Assembly: GCA_036676985.1 (NCBI GenBank)
Contig: JAKFBU010000038.1
Span: 64,001-128,000 of the forward strand
DNA: 64,000 nucleotides
Origin: Candidatus Sericytochromatia bacterium
GTDB taxonomy: Bacteria; Cyanobacteriota; Sericytochromatia; S15B-MN24; UBA4093
Direction of reading: 5' to 3'
Shown: positions 1 through 11,915 of the stretch, in pieces
How positions within the stretch are numbered: position 1 is the first letter of the stretch
How the letters are laid out: every line of letters begins with the position of its first letter
Program-made: the position numbers and the translations under genes
The notes under the pieces: model-generated
The model's input: the letters and a program-made list of their open reading frames with translations, nothing else
Databases searched by the model: none
Told to the model about the DNA's origin: nothing

Positions 1-888
1 GGCGGCGAGGGCGGGCCCCCAGGCCTCGAAGCCCGGCACGGCCAGCTGCTCGGTCACGAGGACATGCGCGAGCGAGAGGGCGAGCATGCCCTCGTACCCC
101 GGCGGCACCGGGATCCAGCGGTCGGCGGATCCCGCCGTGAGGGACATGCGCGGCTCCACGTGGACCATGCGGCCTCGTATGCCGGGCCGCCCCTGGCGCA
201 TGTGGCCGTACTGGAGCGAGTAGTTGACGGGCGAGAGCCAGGTCTCGAAGAGGTCCGCGCCGAAGTTGATAAGAAAGCGGCTGTTGGCGAGGTCGTAGTG
301 GGGCGGGCGGTCCATGCCGAGGCGATCGCGCAGCCCCGCCACGAGCGTCTCCTGTCCCTGGATGTCCAGGGTCACGGGCCCGCGGCCGCCCGCCGCCCGG
401 GCAAAGCGGTCGAGCACGAGCCCTAGCGTGCCGTTCAGGGGACGCGAGACCAGGGTCACGGTCCCCTTGCCCACTTCGGGAACCAGGCGCTGGGCGAGCA
501 GCGACAGGGCATCGTCCCACTTGATCGGCTCGAACGAGGCCTGGCCGCGATCGCCCTTGCGACGCATGGGCCCGCGGACCCGGTCGGGGTGGTAGAGCAC
601 CTGGAGGCCGGACTGCCCCATGGCGCAGAGCTTCCCGCGGTTCACCGGATGGGCCGGATTCCCCTCCAGCTTGACCGCGCGGCCCTCGATGACCCGGGCC
701 ATGATCCCGCAGCCCGCCTCGCACTGGCCGCAGGCCGTCGCGTACCAGTTGTCGACGCCGGGCAGGACGTCCTCGGGCTGCTCCACGTAGGGCACGTAGT
801 AGGAGCGGGGCCGGGGCACGGTACAGGCGGAGAGCAGCGTCGAGGACGCCGCCAGGCCTCCGAGCTTGAGAAAGTCCCTGCGCTTCAT
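1..888 (-). CDS. TAT-exported molybdopterin-oxidoreductase-like subunit (ActB/QrcB-like), 3' end outside window
   Basis: Hand translation from ATG 888: MKRRDFLKLGG (twin-Arg), LLSAC, WYATACGQCEAGCG, EGRAVKLEGNPAHPVNRGKLC, LYHPDR. RBS AGGAG lies upstream and the gene follows the pentaheme cytochrome gene directly. Confidence 0.85.
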   Translation of the reverse strand, partial: MKRRDFLKLGGLAASSTLLSACTVPRPRSYYVPYVEQPEDVLPGVDNWYATACGQCEAGCGIMARVIEGRAVKLEGNPAHPVNRGKLCAMGQSGLQVLYHPDRVRGPMRRKGDRGQASFEPIKWDDALSLLAQRLVPEVGKGTVTLVSRPLNGTLGLVLDRFARAAGGRGPVTLDIQGQETLVAGLRDRLGMDRPPHYDLANSRFLINFGADLFETWLSPVNYSLQYGHMRQGRPGIRGRMVHVEPRMSLTAGSADRWIPVPPGYEGMLALSLAHVLVTEQLAVPGFEAWGPALAA

Positions 889-896
889 GGCGTCTC

Positions 897-1400
897 CTAG
901 TAGTGGCAAGTGAAACAGTCGGTGGGCGCCTTCATCTGGTTGTGGCACTGGAGGCACTCGCCCATGGTGAGGGCGCGGGCCTTCACCACCCGGTCCATCC
1001 GCGCGACGTCCCCGTGACAGGACGTGCACGAGACGCCCTTCCGGATGTGGCGCATGTGGTTGAAGCGCACGTACTCCGGGAGGTTGGTGACCCGGATCCA
1101 GCGGATGGGCTCCTTTTGCTGGTAGGCCGCCATCACCTTCTGGACGTCGGGGTTGGTGGGCATCACCACCCGGTGGCACTCGTAGCAGGTCTCGACCGCC
1201 GGGATCGTGGCATGGGCCGTGGTCGCCACCCCCTGGTGGCAGTAAATGCACGAGATCTGGCGCTTGCCGGCGTGGGCGGCGTGGCTGAAGGCGATCGGCT
1301 GCACCGGTGCCGGGTGCCGGCTCGCATAGCCGTAGAGCCCCCCGGCGACGGCGATCGCGAGGAAGGGGAGGCCGATCAGGATCCAGCGACTGCGCTTCAT
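897..1400 (-). CDS. Membrane-anchored pentaheme cytochrome c (ActA/QrcA-like)
   Basis: Five CxxCH motifs (CIYCH, CYECH, CTSCH, CLQCH, CFTCH), an N-terminal TM helix and the PVQPIAFSH / VRFNH motifs. Start set at ATG 1400 after CAGGAG. Confidence 0.88.
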   Translation of the reverse strand: MKRSRWILIGLPFLAIAVAGGLYGYASRHPAPVQPIAFSHAAHAGKRQISCIYCHQGVATTAHATIPAVETCYECHRVVMPTNPDVQKVMAAYQQKEPIRWIRVTNLPEYVRFNHMRHIRKGVSCTSCHGDVARMDRVVKARALTMGECLQCHNQMKAPTDCFTCHY

Positions 1401-1497
1401 TCGCTCCTGCGTTCGTGACTCACAAAAGTTAATGAAGATGATTTCAGGTCGTCGTCCACCTGTCAAACGATCGGGACCGGAACGTGCGCCAACAAGC

Positions 1498-1532
1498 TCA
1501 GGGCCCCTTCCGCCAAGCGGAAGGGGCCCTGA
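1498..1532 (-). terminator. Hairpin downstream of valS, probable intrinsic terminator
   Basis: Perfect stem tcagggccccttccgc-caa-gcggaaggggccctga. Confidence 0.6.
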
Positions 1533-1557
1533 AAGTCGTCCGATGGATGGGCCGGAG

Positions 1558-4209
1558 CTAGCTCCAGCGAGCGATCTGGGCGGCGAGGGTGGTGAGTTGC
1601 TGCTCGACCTCGACCACCCGGTTGCGCAGCTTGTCGACCACCTGGGCCGGGGCCTTGGAGACGAACGCCTCGTTGCCGAGCTGATTCTGAAGGCGCTCGC
1701 GCTCGCCCTGGAGCTGCTTCTGATCCTTGTTGAGGCGCTCGATCTCCTTCTGGATGTCCAGGAGGCCCGCCAGGGGCAGGAGGATCGTGTTCTCGCCGGC
1801 GACCCCCGAGGCCGCCTGCGGGATGTCCTCGGCAGTGGTCGAGATGTCCACCGTCTCCGAGCGGGTGAGGAAGGCGATCGCCCCCTGCATGGCGCTCAGG
1901 ATGGGGGCCTGGCCCTCGCTCGCGTGGATGAACAGGCGCTCCGCCTTCTTGGCGGGCGGCACGCCGAGCTCGGCGCGGATGTTGCGCACCGTCCGGATGA
2001 CCTCCATGACCAGGCCCATCTCCGTCTCGGCCTTGGCGCTGCGCAGGTCGTCGCGCACCCGGGGCCACTCGGTCCTGAGCAGGGTGTCGACCGGCGGCAC
2101 CAGCTCCTGGGCGACCAGCTGCGCGTAGATCTCCTCGGTGATGAACGGCATGAAGGGGTGCAAGAGGCGCAGCACCGTCGAGAGCACCTCGCGCAGGACG
2201 GCCTTGACCGTCTCGTCGCCCGCGTGCATCCGGGGCTTGGCGAGCTCCACGTACCAGTCGCAGAACTCGTTCCAGGTGAACTCGTAGAGGGCCGTGGTGG
2301 CGTCGCTCATCCGGAAGGCGTCCACGGCCTCGGTGACGGTCTCGATGGTCTGCTGCAGGCGGCTGAGGATCCAGCGGTCGGCGAGCTCGAGCTGGCGCAG
2401 CTCGCTCTTGTCGCCCTGCGGCAGGTTCATGAGCACGAAGCGGCTGGCGTTCCAGAGCTTGTTGGCGAAGTTGCGTCCGCTCTCGAGCTTGTCCTCGGTG
2501 TAGCGGACGTCCTGCGAGCTGGTGCCGGCCCCCGCGAACCAGAAGCGGCAGGCATCGGTTCCGTACTTGGCCATGATGTCGAGCGGATCGACGCCCGTGC
2601 CCTTGGACTTGCTCATGCGCTGGCCCTTGGCGTCCAGGATGGTCGCGTGGATGACGACGTCCCGGAACGGGATCTCGTGCTCGAACTCCATGCTCATGAA
2701 GACCATGCGCGCCACCCACAGGTAGAGGATGTCCCGCGCCGTCGAGAGCACGTTGGTCGGGTAGTAGTAGTCGAACTCGGGCGTCTTGTCAGGCCAGCCG
2801 AGCGTGGCGAAGGGCCACATGGCGCTCGAGAACCAGGTGTCGAGCACGTCGGGGTCCTGCTCCACGGCGGCCGAGCAGACCGGGCATTCCGAAAGGTCGG
2901 TCATGGACGCGTTGACGTGGCCGTTGGTGCAGGTCCACACCGGGATCCGGTGGCCCCACCACAGCTGGCGCGAGACGCACCAGTCCTTGATGTTGCGCAG
3001 CCAGTCCAGGTACACGCCGCTCCAGCGATCGGGCGTGAAGTGGACCTGGCCCTCCTCGACCACGCGGATGGCCGGGCCCGCGAGCTCCTTCATGGCCACG
3101 AACCACTGGTCGGAGAGGCGCGGCTCGATGACGGTGCTGCAGCGATCGCAGTGGCTGACGTTGTTGCGGTAGGACTCTTCCTTGACGAGCACGCCCTCGG
3201 CCTTGAGGCGCTGGGTGGCGGCCGCGCGCGCCTCGAAGCGGTCCATGCCCTCCCAGTCGGGGCCGGCGGCCTCGCTCATCTTGCCGTCGGGGGTCATGAC
3301 GTCGATCTTGGGCAGGCCATGCGCCTCGCCGATCTCGTAGTCGGCGGGGTCGTGGGCCGGGGTGATCTTGAGGGCGCCGGTGCCGAACTCGCGCTCCACG
3401 TGGGTGTCCGCGATGACAGGCACCAGCCGGTCGGTCATGGGCACGCGCACCTTCTTGCCGATCATGGCCTGGAAGCGCTCGTCCTCTGGGTGCACGGCCA
3501 CGGCCACGTCGCCGAGGATCGTCTCCGGGCGAACGGTCGCGACCGTGATCGAGCCCGAGCCGTCCTCCAGGGCGTACTGGACGTGGTACAGGGTGCTGTC
3601 GGCCTCCTTGTAGGCGACCTCCAGGTCCGAGAGGGACGTCAGGCAGCGGGGACACCAGTTGATGATGCGGTTGCCGCGGTAGATCCAGCCCTTGTTGTAG
3701 AGGTGCACGAAGGCCTTGCGGACCGCACGGCTGTAACCCTCGTCCATGGTGAAGCGCCAGCGCGAGTAGTCCATGGACGCGCCGAGCTTCTGGAACTGGT
3801 TGATGATGGTGTTGCCGTAGTGCTCCTTCCAGTCCCAGACCTCGGCCAAAAAGGCCTCTCGGCCCAGGTCGTGGCGCGTCTTGCCCTGCTCGGTGCGCAG
3901 CTTGCGCTCCACGACGTTCTGGGTGGCGATGCCCGCGTGGTCGGTGCCGCCCTGCCAGAGCACGCCGTAGCCCTGCATGCGGCGGGTACGGCAGAGCACG
4001 TCCTGGATGGTGCCGTTGGTCGCGTGGCCCAGGTGCAGGGAGCCCGTGACGTTCGGAGGCGGCAGCGTGATGGAGTAGGGCTTCTTGGCCGGATCGACGT
4101 CCATCTTGAAGACGCCCAGGGTGTCCCAGCGATCGCTCCACTTGTTTTCGACGGCCCCCGGTTCGTAGGCGGTGGGCAGCTGGGCGGGTGCGGTCGTGGT
4201 GGGTTCCAT
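1558..4209 (-). CDS. valS: Valine--tRNA ligase
   Basis: PPPNVTGSLHLGH (HIGH), DHAGIATQ, SRQLWWGHRIP, RMSKS (KMSKS) and a C-terminal coiled coil; 883 aa. Confidence 0.97.
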   Translation of the reverse strand: MEPTTTAPAQLPTAYEPGAVENKWSDRWDTLGVFKMDVDPAKKPYSITLPPPNVTGSLHLGHATNGTIQDVLCRTRRMQGYGVLWQGGTDHAGIATQNVVERKLRTEQGKTRHDLGREAFLAEVWDWKEHYGNTIINQFQKLGASMDYSRWRFTMDEGYSRAVRKAFVHLYNKGWIYRGNRIINWCPRCLTSLSDLEVAYKEADSTLYHVQYALEDGSGSITVATVRPETILGDVAVAVHPEDERFQAMIGKKVRVPMTDRLVPVIADTHVEREFGTGALKITPAHDPADYEIGEAHGLPKIDVMTPDGKMSEAAGPDWEGMDRFEARAAATQRLKAEGVLVKEESYRNNVSHCDRCSTVIEPRLSDQWFVAMKELAGPAIRVVEEGQVHFTPDRWSGVYLDWLRNIKDWCVSRQLWWGHRIPVWTCTNGHVNASMTDLSECPVCSAAVEQDPDVLDTWFSSAMWPFATLGWPDKTPEFDYYYPTNVLSTARDILYLWVARMVFMSMEFEHEIPFRDVVIHATILDAKGQRMSKSKGTGVDPLDIMAKYGTDACRFWFAGAGTSSQDVRYTEDKLESGRNFANKLWNASRFVLMNLPQGDKSELRQLELADRWILSRLQQTIETVTEAVDAFRMSDATTALYEFTWNEFCDWYVELAKPRMHAGDETVKAVLREVLSTVLRLLHPFMPFITEEIYAQLVAQELVPPVDTLLRTEWPRVRDDLRSAKAETEMGLVMEVIRTVRNIRAELGVPPAKKAERLFIHASEGQAPILSAMQGAIAFLTRSETVDISTTAEDIPQAASGVAGENTILLPLAGLLDIQKEIERLNKDQKQLQGERERLQNQLGNEAFVSKAPAQVVDKLRNRVVEVEQQLTTLAAQIARWS

Positions 4210-4352
4210 GGGGCCTCCAGTGGGCTCTAGCGCGGGCGAGCGGCGAGTGGGCAGGACGGGGTCCGTGAGGAGGTCATTTTACCATGCATGAACCGTCCAA
4301 CCGTTCCACGACCTGTGCTAGAGTGGGAAGGAAGCGTTTTGACGAGGTGACC

Positions 4353-4811
4353 ATGCGGTTTGAGGCCTATTGTGACGGTGCCTGCTCGGGCAACCCCGGC
4401 CCCGGAGCGGCCGGAGCGGTGTTGCTCGCCTACGAGGGCAACGTCCTCATCAAGGAGAAGGAGCTCGTCTCGGCGGTCGAGCCCACCACCACCAACCAGC
4501 GCCAGGAGCTGGTCGGGGCCATCATGATCCTCGAGGCCCTCACGCGGTCCGGCGTGGAGATCACGATCCACACGGATTCGCGCTACGTCATCGACGGGAT
4601 CACCAGTTGGATCCACGGCTGGAAGCGCAACGGCTGGGTCAATTCCCAGAAGCAGCCCGTCGTGAACAAGGAGCTGTGGGTGCGCCTCGACGAGCTCGCA
4701 TCCAAGCACAAGATCAGCTGGAAGTGGGTCAAGGGCCACGCGGGCAACGCCTACAACGAGCGTTGCGATCAGCTCGCCGTGAAGGCCGTCAAGGAGTACA
4801 TGGGCGCCTAG
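4353..4811 (+). CDS. rnhA: Ribonuclease HI
   Basis: [50 protein letters not shown] 4353 follows GAGGTG. Confidence 0.95.
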   Translation: MRFEAYCDGACSGNPGPGAAGAVLLAYEGNVLIKEKELVSAVEPTTTNQRQELVGAIMILEALTRSGVEITIHTDSRYVIDGITSWIHGWKRNGWVNSQKQPVVNKELWVRLDELASKHKISWKWVKGHAGNAYNERCDQLAVKAVKEYMGA

Positions 4812-4815
4812 CCCT

Positions 4816-5301
4816 TTACTGCTGGATCCCCACCACCAGCATGAGCGTCCCGTGCGACATGACGAGCGGGATGGACATGGCCCGGATCCGGTGCCAGTTG
4901 GCGCTGATGTCGTGGCCGATGACGGTCTTGGGCGGGGTGATGTCCGAGGTCACGTTGAGCTGCGCGAGGTAGGTCCGGGCGTTGCCCGAGATCATGTTGC
5001 CGAGCTCCTGCAGGGCCGAGATGGACATCTCGTCGTGGGCCGCGCACGTCTCCATGAGCATGGCCGAGGCGATGTTGAGGCTCGTCTGCATGTCCATGCC
5101 GTAGTTGACCTGGCCGGGGATGTCGCCCGAGATGCCGAGGCTCACGTTGACGTCGCCCAGGTGGACCATCGGGCCGATCTGGAACTGCGGGGAGCCGACC
5201 GTCGGCTCCTCGCCGACCACCTGCGCGATGACGCTGGTGGCGGCCTGGATGAACCCGCGGACGTAATCCAGGCGGGCGACGTTGGAAGTCTGGTTGGCCA
5301 T
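4816..5301 (-). CDS. cheX: CheX-family chemotaxis phosphatase
   Basis: GISGDIPGQVNYGM and SALQELGNMISGNA (ExxN motif), ITPP. Confidence 0.8.
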   Translation of the reverse strand: MANQTSNVARLDYVRGFIQAATSVIAQVVGEEPTVGSPQFQIGPMVHLGDVNVSLGISGDIPGQVNYGMDMQTSLNIASAMLMETCAAHDEMSISALQELGNMISGNARTYLAQLNVTSDITPPKTVIGHDISANWHRIRAMSIPLVMSHGTLMLVVGIQQ

Positions 5302-5403
5302 CGGTTCCCCCCCTGACGCCCGGATCCCCTGGGCTGCCATGGCTATGATACCCGTCTCACTAAGTAAATTACCGTGTCAACGGGCGGGGAGCCGTGATGG
5401 AGG

Positions 5404-7794
5404 TTACGCCTTGGGGATCGCCTCGGCCGGCAGCGGCTCGACGACTTCCTCGATGGCCTTGGGGACGCGAGCTTCGAGGGCCGGCAACAGGAGGATGGCC
5501 ATGGCCTCCTCCAGCCGCTCGATGAGCTTGAACTCCACGGCGGCCTTGACCTCGTCCGGGATGTCCTCGAGGTCGGCCTCGTTGCCGATGGGCAGGAGCA
5601 CTGTCGAGAGCTCCGCGTGGTAGGCGGCTAGCACCTTCTCCTTGATGCCGCCCACCGTGAGCACGCGCCCGCGCAGCGTGACCTCGCCGGTCATGGCGAC
5701 GTCCGAGCGCACGGGGCGGCCCGAGAGGGCCGAGGCGATGGCGACGGCGATGGCCACGCCGGCGCTGGGGCCGTCCTTGGGGATGGCGCCCTGGGGCACG
5801 TGCAGGTGCAAGTCCACCTGCTTCCAGTGGCCGTCCTCGATGCCGAGCTCTTCCGCGTGCGCCTTGACGAAGGTGTAGGCGGCCTGGGCCGATTCCTTCA
5901 TGACGTCGCCCAGCTGGCCCGTGAGCGTCAGGTGGCCCTTGCCCTTGAGACAGGCGATCTCGATGCCCATGAGCTTGCCGCCGGCCTCGGTCCAGGCGAG
6001 GCCATGCACGGTCCCGACCTCCGGCGAGCGGTGATGGGGCGGTAGCCGGTGCGGCTTGGGGCCGAGCAGCGCGTCCAGGTTGTCCGCCTGGGGCCGGGGC
6101 AGGTCCTTGCCGCTCACGATGGACCGGGCGACCTTGCGCGACAGGGCGGCGAGCTGGCGTTCGAGCTGGCGGACGCCGGCCTCGCGGGTCCAGCCGCGGA
6201 TCAGCGCCCGCAGCGTCTCGTCCGAGAGGTCCAGCTGGCCCTCCTTGAGGCCATGCTTCTCGAGGGTCTTCGGCAACAGGTGCTCGTGGGCGATGGCGAC
6301 CTTCTCCGACTCGGTGTAGCCCGACAGCCGGATGACCTCGAGCCGGTCCAGCAGGGCATGGGGGATGCCCGCGGTGGAGTTGGCCGTCGCGATGAAGAGC
6401 ACCTCCGACAGGTCGAACGGCGTCTCCACGTAGTGGTCCGAGAAGGTGGCGTTCTGCTCGGGGTCGAGCACCTCGAGCATGGCGGCCGACGGGTTGCTGC
6501 GCTGATCGCGGCCGAGCTTGTCCAGCTCGTCCAGGAGGAAGACCGGGTTCTTGGTGCCCGCCTGCTTGAGGGCCGAGAGGATGCGGCCCGGCATGGCGCC
6601 CACGTAGGTGCGGCGGTGCCCGCGGATCTCGGCCTCGTCGTGGACGCCGCCCAGGCTCGCGCGGACAAACTTGCGGCCGAGGGCGGTGGCGATCGAGCGC
6701 GCGAGGGACGTCTTGCCGACGCCGGGCGGGCCGACCAGGCAGAGGATGGTGGCGGGCTGGCCCTTGCGCAGGGCGCGCACGGCCAAGAACTCGAGCAGGC
6801 GGTCCTTGACCTTCTGGAGCCCGCAGTGGTCGGCGTCGAGCACGGCCTCGGCGTGGGCCAGGTCCAGCCGGTCGCGGGTGCGCTTGGACCAGGGCAGGGC
6901 GATGAGCGTGTCCAGGTAGGCCCGGATGACGCCCGCCTCGGCGGAGTGGTTGCTCATGCGCAGGAGGCGCGCGAGCTCCTTTTCGGCCCGCTCGGCGGCC
7001 TCCTTGGGCAGCTTGGCCTTGGCGATCGCCGCGCGGTAGTCGGCGGCCTCCTGGGCCTTCTCGTCGCCCTCTCCGAGCTCGGTCTGCAGGGCGCGCAGCT
7101 TCTCCTTGAGGTAGTAGTCGCGCTGCACCCGGTCCATCTTGGCGCGGACCTTCTGGTGGATCTCGTGGTCGAGGCGGTGCTCCTCGACCAGCCGCGCGAT
7201 CTTGATGGACAGGGACTCCATGCGCTCGGGCAGGGCGAGGGTCTCGAGGATCGCCTGGCGATCGGTGGCCTTGGGCAGCATGTAGGCCGCGGCCAGGTCC
7301 GTGAGGTGGTCCGGCGTCGTGACGGTCTCGAGCGCGAGGGCGGCCTCGGAGGGCAGCTTCTTGTCGAACGAGAGGAGCTCGGTGATCTGCTCGCGCAGGA
7401 GACGCTCCAGGGACACGATCTCGGGCGTCGACTCGGGCGCGGCGGACTCGACCGGGGACGCCTCGGCGCGCAGCGCGCCGCCCTCCTCCGCCAGCCCGCG
7501 CATGAACACGCGGGTGCGGCCTTCGAGCAGCACGCGGGTGGAGCCGTCCTGCTGCTTGAAGGTCTGCAGGATCTCGGCGATGACGCCCACCGGCTGGAGG
7601 TCCTCGAGGCCCGGCAGGTCCACGTCGGCCGCGCGCTGCATGGCGAGGATCAGGCGGCGATCGCCCGCCAAAGCCGCCTCGACGGCCGCCAGGGAGCGGG
7701 CGCGCCCGACGGAGAGGGACGCCACCATGTGCGGCAACACGACCAGATCGCGCAGCGGCACGAGGGGGAGGGTCACGCGGGTCTCCGGGGCCAT
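5404..7794 (-). CDS. lon: ATP-dependent Lon protease
   Basis: LPLVPLRD N-domain, Walker [30 protein letters not shown] (catalytic Ser), GGIKEK. Confidence 0.96.
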   Translation of the reverse strand: MAPETRVTLPLVPLRDLVVLPHMVASLSVGRARSLAAVEAALAGDRRLILAMQRAADVDLPGLEDLQPVGVIAEILQTFKQQDGSTRVLLEGRTRVFMRGLAEEGGALRAEASPVESAAPESTPEIVSLERLLREQITELLSFDKKLPSEAALALETVTTPDHLTDLAAAYMLPKATDRQAILETLALPERMESLSIKIARLVEEHRLDHEIHQKVRAKMDRVQRDYYLKEKLRALQTELGEGDEKAQEAADYRAAIAKAKLPKEAAERAEKELARLLRMSNHSAEAGVIRAYLDTLIALPWSKRTRDRLDLAHAEAVLDADHCGLQKVKDRLLEFLAVRALRKGQPATILCLVGPPGVGKTSLARSIATALGRKFVRASLGGVHDEAEIRGHRRTYVGAMPGRILSALKQAGTKNPVFLLDELDKLGRDQRSNPSAAMLEVLDPEQNATFSDHYVETPFDLSEVLFIATANSTAGIPHALLDRLEVIRLSGYTESEKVAIAHEHLLPKTLEKHGLKEGQLDLSDETLRALIRGWTREAGVRQLERQLAALSRKVARSIVSGKDLPRPQADNLDALLGPKPHRLPPHHRSPEVGTVHGLAWTEAGGKLMGIEIACLKGKGHLTLTGQLGDVMKESAQAAYTFVKAHAEELGIEDGHWKQVDLHLHVPQGAIPKDGPSAGVAIAVAIASALSGRPVRSDVAMTGEVTLRGRVLTVGGIKEKVLAAYHAELSTVLLPIGNEADLEDIPDEVKAAVEFKLIERLEEAMAILLLPALEARVPKAIEEVVEPLPAEAIPKA

Positions 7795-8021
7795 GGGGAT
7801 CCTTTCCGGGGTGGTTCGAAATGCCGTCAGGGCGCCTGTTTGGCTGGTAAAGTCGCCCGTGGGCGCGCCTTCACAATGATATCACCGATTCGCCCATTCG
7901 TTCAGCGCCCGCTGGGGCCGGTGACCTGGCCGGGCGAGGCCTCGATGCGGGGCGCCGGAAGCCTCGCTCCCTTCGATGGGTATAGACTCCTCGGTTCTTC
8001 CCCGCTCGAGGACGTGACGCC

Positions 8022-8411
8022 ATGACCACCGACCCGCTGGCCGCCCTGAACGACGGCTTCATCAACCCGCTCGCCCCCGACGAGATCGCCCCGCGCCTGC
8101 GCGGGCCGGAGGGGCGGCAGCTCATGGACTGGCTGCGCGAGGGCGGCGTGAACGCGGGGCTCCTGCGCGACGTCCACGTCTCCTTTCGCCTCGCGGGCGA
8201 GGGGTATCAGGCAAGCGGCAACCTCGCGGGCCTCCAGGTCGCCCTGCGCGGCGTCATCTACGCCCGCGGCTTCGACGCGTACCCGCGGCTCGCCACCATG
8301 CTCCATGCCGCCATCCCGGGCGTGTCGGACGGGGCGCAGTGGGAGGGCCTCCTGCGCTACCTGCAGGGGCTCGCGCAGGCCATGCTCGTCTTGGGGCCGC
8401 GCGAGGCCTGA
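8022..8411 (+). CDS. Hypothetical protein, 129 aa
   Basis: GAGG RBS, genome-typical codon usage, ends at a bidirectional terminator; no recognisable motif. Confidence 0.6.
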   Translation: MTTDPLAALNDGFINPLAPDEIAPRLRGPEGRQLMDWLREGGVNAGLLRDVHVSFRLAGEGYQASGNLAGLQVALRGVIYARGFDAYPRLATMLHAAIPGVSDGAQWEGLLRYLQGLAQAMLVLGPREA

Positions 8412-8414
8412 TCG

Positions 8415-8462
8415 CCAACAAAAAGAGCGGCCCGGACGCGTCCGGGCCGCTCTTTTTGTTGG
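8415..8462. terminator. Bidirectional intrinsic terminator (48-bp perfect palindrome)
   Basis: ccaacaaaaagagcggcccggacgcgtccgggccgctctttttgttgg between convergent genes, with A/T tracts on both sides. Confidence 0.85.
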
Positions 8463-8466
8463 GGGG

Positions 8467-9745
<1,279 letters not shown>

Positions 9746-9753
<8 letters not shown>

Positions 9754-10411
9754 TTTCCGAACGTACTCCCTGGCCACCGGTCGCCGGAGGCATCGGCACC
9801 TTGTCCTTGCCGATCTTCGGAACCAGGACCTCATCGATCAGACCGTACTCCTTCGCCTCGTCCGGGCTCATGAAGAAGTCGCGGTCGGTGTCCTTCTCGA
9901 TTTTCTTGAGCGGCTGGCCGCTGTGCAGGGCCATCAGCTCGTTGAGACGCCGCTTGAGGCGCAGGATCTCGGCGGCCTGGATTTCGATGTCGGTCGCCTG
10001 ACCCTGGGCACCGCCCAAGGGCTGGTGGATCATGATGCGGGCGTTGGGCAGCGCGATACGCTTGCCCGGCGCCCCGGCGTTCAGGAGGAAGGCGCCCATC
10101 GAAGCGGCCTGCCCCATGACGATGGTGGAAACGTCCGGCTTGATGTACTGCATCGTGTCGTAGATCGCCAGACCCGCCGTCACCACCCCGCCCGGCGAGT
10201 TGATGTACATGTAGATGTCCTTGGTCGGGTCTTCGGCCTCGAGGAACAGCAGCTGAGCCATGGTGAGGCTCGCCACGCCATCATCGATCGGGGTGTTGAG
10301 GAAGATGATGCGCTCCTTGAGCAGGCGCGAGAAGATGTCGTAGGCACGCTCGCCACGGCTCGTCTGCTCGACGACCATTGGAACCAATCCGGCATGTGCT
10401 GGCATATACAT
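9746..10411 (-). CDS. clpP: Clp protease proteolytic subunit
   Basis: [44 protein letters not shown]. Confidence 0.97.
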
Positions 10412-10444
10412 CGGAGTTTCCTCTCTAGGCTGCGACGACTGGGA

Positions 10445-11752
10445 CTACGCGTTGGCGGCGGCAGGGGCGGCGTCGGTGACCTTGGCGCGCTCGACCAGCC
10501 ACTCGATGATCTTGTTGCTCAAGACCTCGTCGGCGATCTGCGGCCAGGCGCCATTGCGGATGACCTGGCTGCGGAACTGCTGGGGATCCACGCCGTAGCT
10601 CTGGGCGTAATCGGCGATCGTCTCCTCGATCTCCTCCTCGGAGGGCTGGATGCCTTCCTTGCGGGCGATCTCGCCCAGGGTCAGCGAGGTGCGGATGCGC
10701 TTCTCGGCCTCGGGACGGGTGTTCTCACGCCAGGTGTCGATGTTGTCCTTGGTGAAGACGCGGTTGGGGTCGATGCCCTGCTGCGCCAGCATGTTGGCCT
10801 GCTGCTGAAGGAGGAAGTTGGACTCGCGGGCGATCATCGACTCGGGGATCTCCATCTGGGCCCCCTCGACGACCTTCTCGATCAGCTGCTTGCGCAGCTC
10901 GATGTCGCGGTTCTCCTCGCGCTCCTTGGCGAGCTGCTCGCGGAGCTTGCCCTTGAGGGCGTCCACCGACTCGTCACCGAGGGTCTTGGCGAACTCGTCG
11001 TTCAGCTCGGGGAGCTGGCGCTCCTTGACTTCCTTGACGGCCAGCGAGAAGACGACGGGCTTGCCGGCGAGCTCCTGGTTGGGGTAGTCCTCGGGGAACT
11101 TCAGGTCGGCGTCCTTGGACTCGCCGGCCTTCAGGCCGACCATGGCCTCGACGAAGCCCTCGATGAAGCGGCCCGGCTCCACCTCGAGCGTGTAGTCCGT
11201 GGCCTTGCCGCCCTCGAACTCCTCGCCGTCGATCTTGCCCGTGAAGTCCGCCACGACGGTGTCGCCCATCTGGACGGCGCGATCGACGGTCTGGAGCGTG
11301 CCGCGCGACTCGCGCAGCTTGGTGAGGCGCTCCTCCACGTCGGCGTCCGAGACGTCGACCTTGGGGGCCGCGACCTCGAGGCCGGTGTAGTTGCCGAGGG
11401 TCACCTCGGGGCGGACCTCGATGGTCGCCTTGAAGACCAGGGGCTGGTCCTTCTCGAAGGAGACGAGCTCGACTTCGGGCTCGGCGATGGGCTCGACCTT
11501 GCCCTCCTCGATGGCCTGGGGATAGACCTCGGGCAGCAGGAACTTCTCGAAGGCGGTGTGCTTGAGGTAGTCCACCCCGACGGTCCGCTCGACGATCGGG
11601 CGGGGCGCCTTGCCAGGACGGAAGCCCGGGATGCGGACCTCGCGCGCGACCTGACGATACGCCCGGTCATAGGCCTTCTCGACGCGATCCGGTTCGACCT
11701 GAACCTCGAGCAGGACTTGGTTCTTTTCCTTTTTCTCCAGGGTGACTTTCAC
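10445..11752 (-). CDS. tig: Trigger factor
   Basis: GFRPGKAP ribosome-binding motif and FKBP domain (FPEDYP..LAGK). GTG start after CAGGAGG. Confidence 0.95.
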   Translation of the reverse strand: MKVTLEKKEKNQVLLEVQVEPDRVEKAYDRAYRQVAREVRIPGFRPGKAPRPIVERTVGVDYLKHTAFEKFLLPEVYPQAIEEGKVEPIAEPEVELVSFEKDQPLVFKATIEVRPEVTLGNYTGLEVAAPKVDVSDADVEERLTKLRESRGTLQTVDRAVQMGDTVVADFTGKIDGEEFEGGKATDYTLEVEPGRFIEGFVEAMVGLKAGESKDADLKFPEDYPNQELAGKPVVFSLAVKEVKERQLPELNDEFAKTLGDESVDALKGKLREQLAKEREENRDIELRKQLIEKVVEGAQMEIPESMIARESNFLLQQQANMLAQQGIDPNRVFTKDNIDTWRENTRPEAEKRIRTSLTLGEIARKEGIQPSEEEIEETIADYAQSYGVDPQQFRSQVIRNGAWPQIADEVLSNKIIEWLVERAKVTDAAPAAANA

Positions 11753-11806
11753 TGTTGCCTCCTGATGTTCCCGTCGAATACGGGATTTCAACGATGTTAG
11801 TCCTCA

Positions 11807-11815
11807 AGTATAGCA
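11807..11815 (-). promoter_or_regulatory. Extended -10 promoter for tig-clpP-clpX
   Basis: TGcTATACT on the minus strand about 55 nt upstream of the tig start. Confidence 0.45.
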
Positions 11816-11915
11816 CACATTGTTGCGCTCTATTGAGCTGCTGGCGAGCGCTTTGCTTGCTTTGGGAGCGAGCGATCGTCGACGTGGGGATGATGGGGGG
11901 AAGGGGTGGAGCCGC

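Noticed and set aside
1432-4230. Very long antisense ORFs (e.g. 1432-4230, 9719-11800, 13669-16608, 16749-19643, 58309-60759)
   Set aside because: These are shadow frames of real genes, expected in high-GC DNA; the translations show no motifs.
4210-4352. T-box leaders upstream of valS (and of alaS at 58208-58329)
   Set aside because: The regions are short and no T-box antiterminator motif (TGGNACC) was found.
8415-8462. 48-bp perfect palindrome as a mobile element end or recombination site
   Set aside because: Its position between convergent genes and the flanking A/T tracts are fully explained by a bidirectional terminator.
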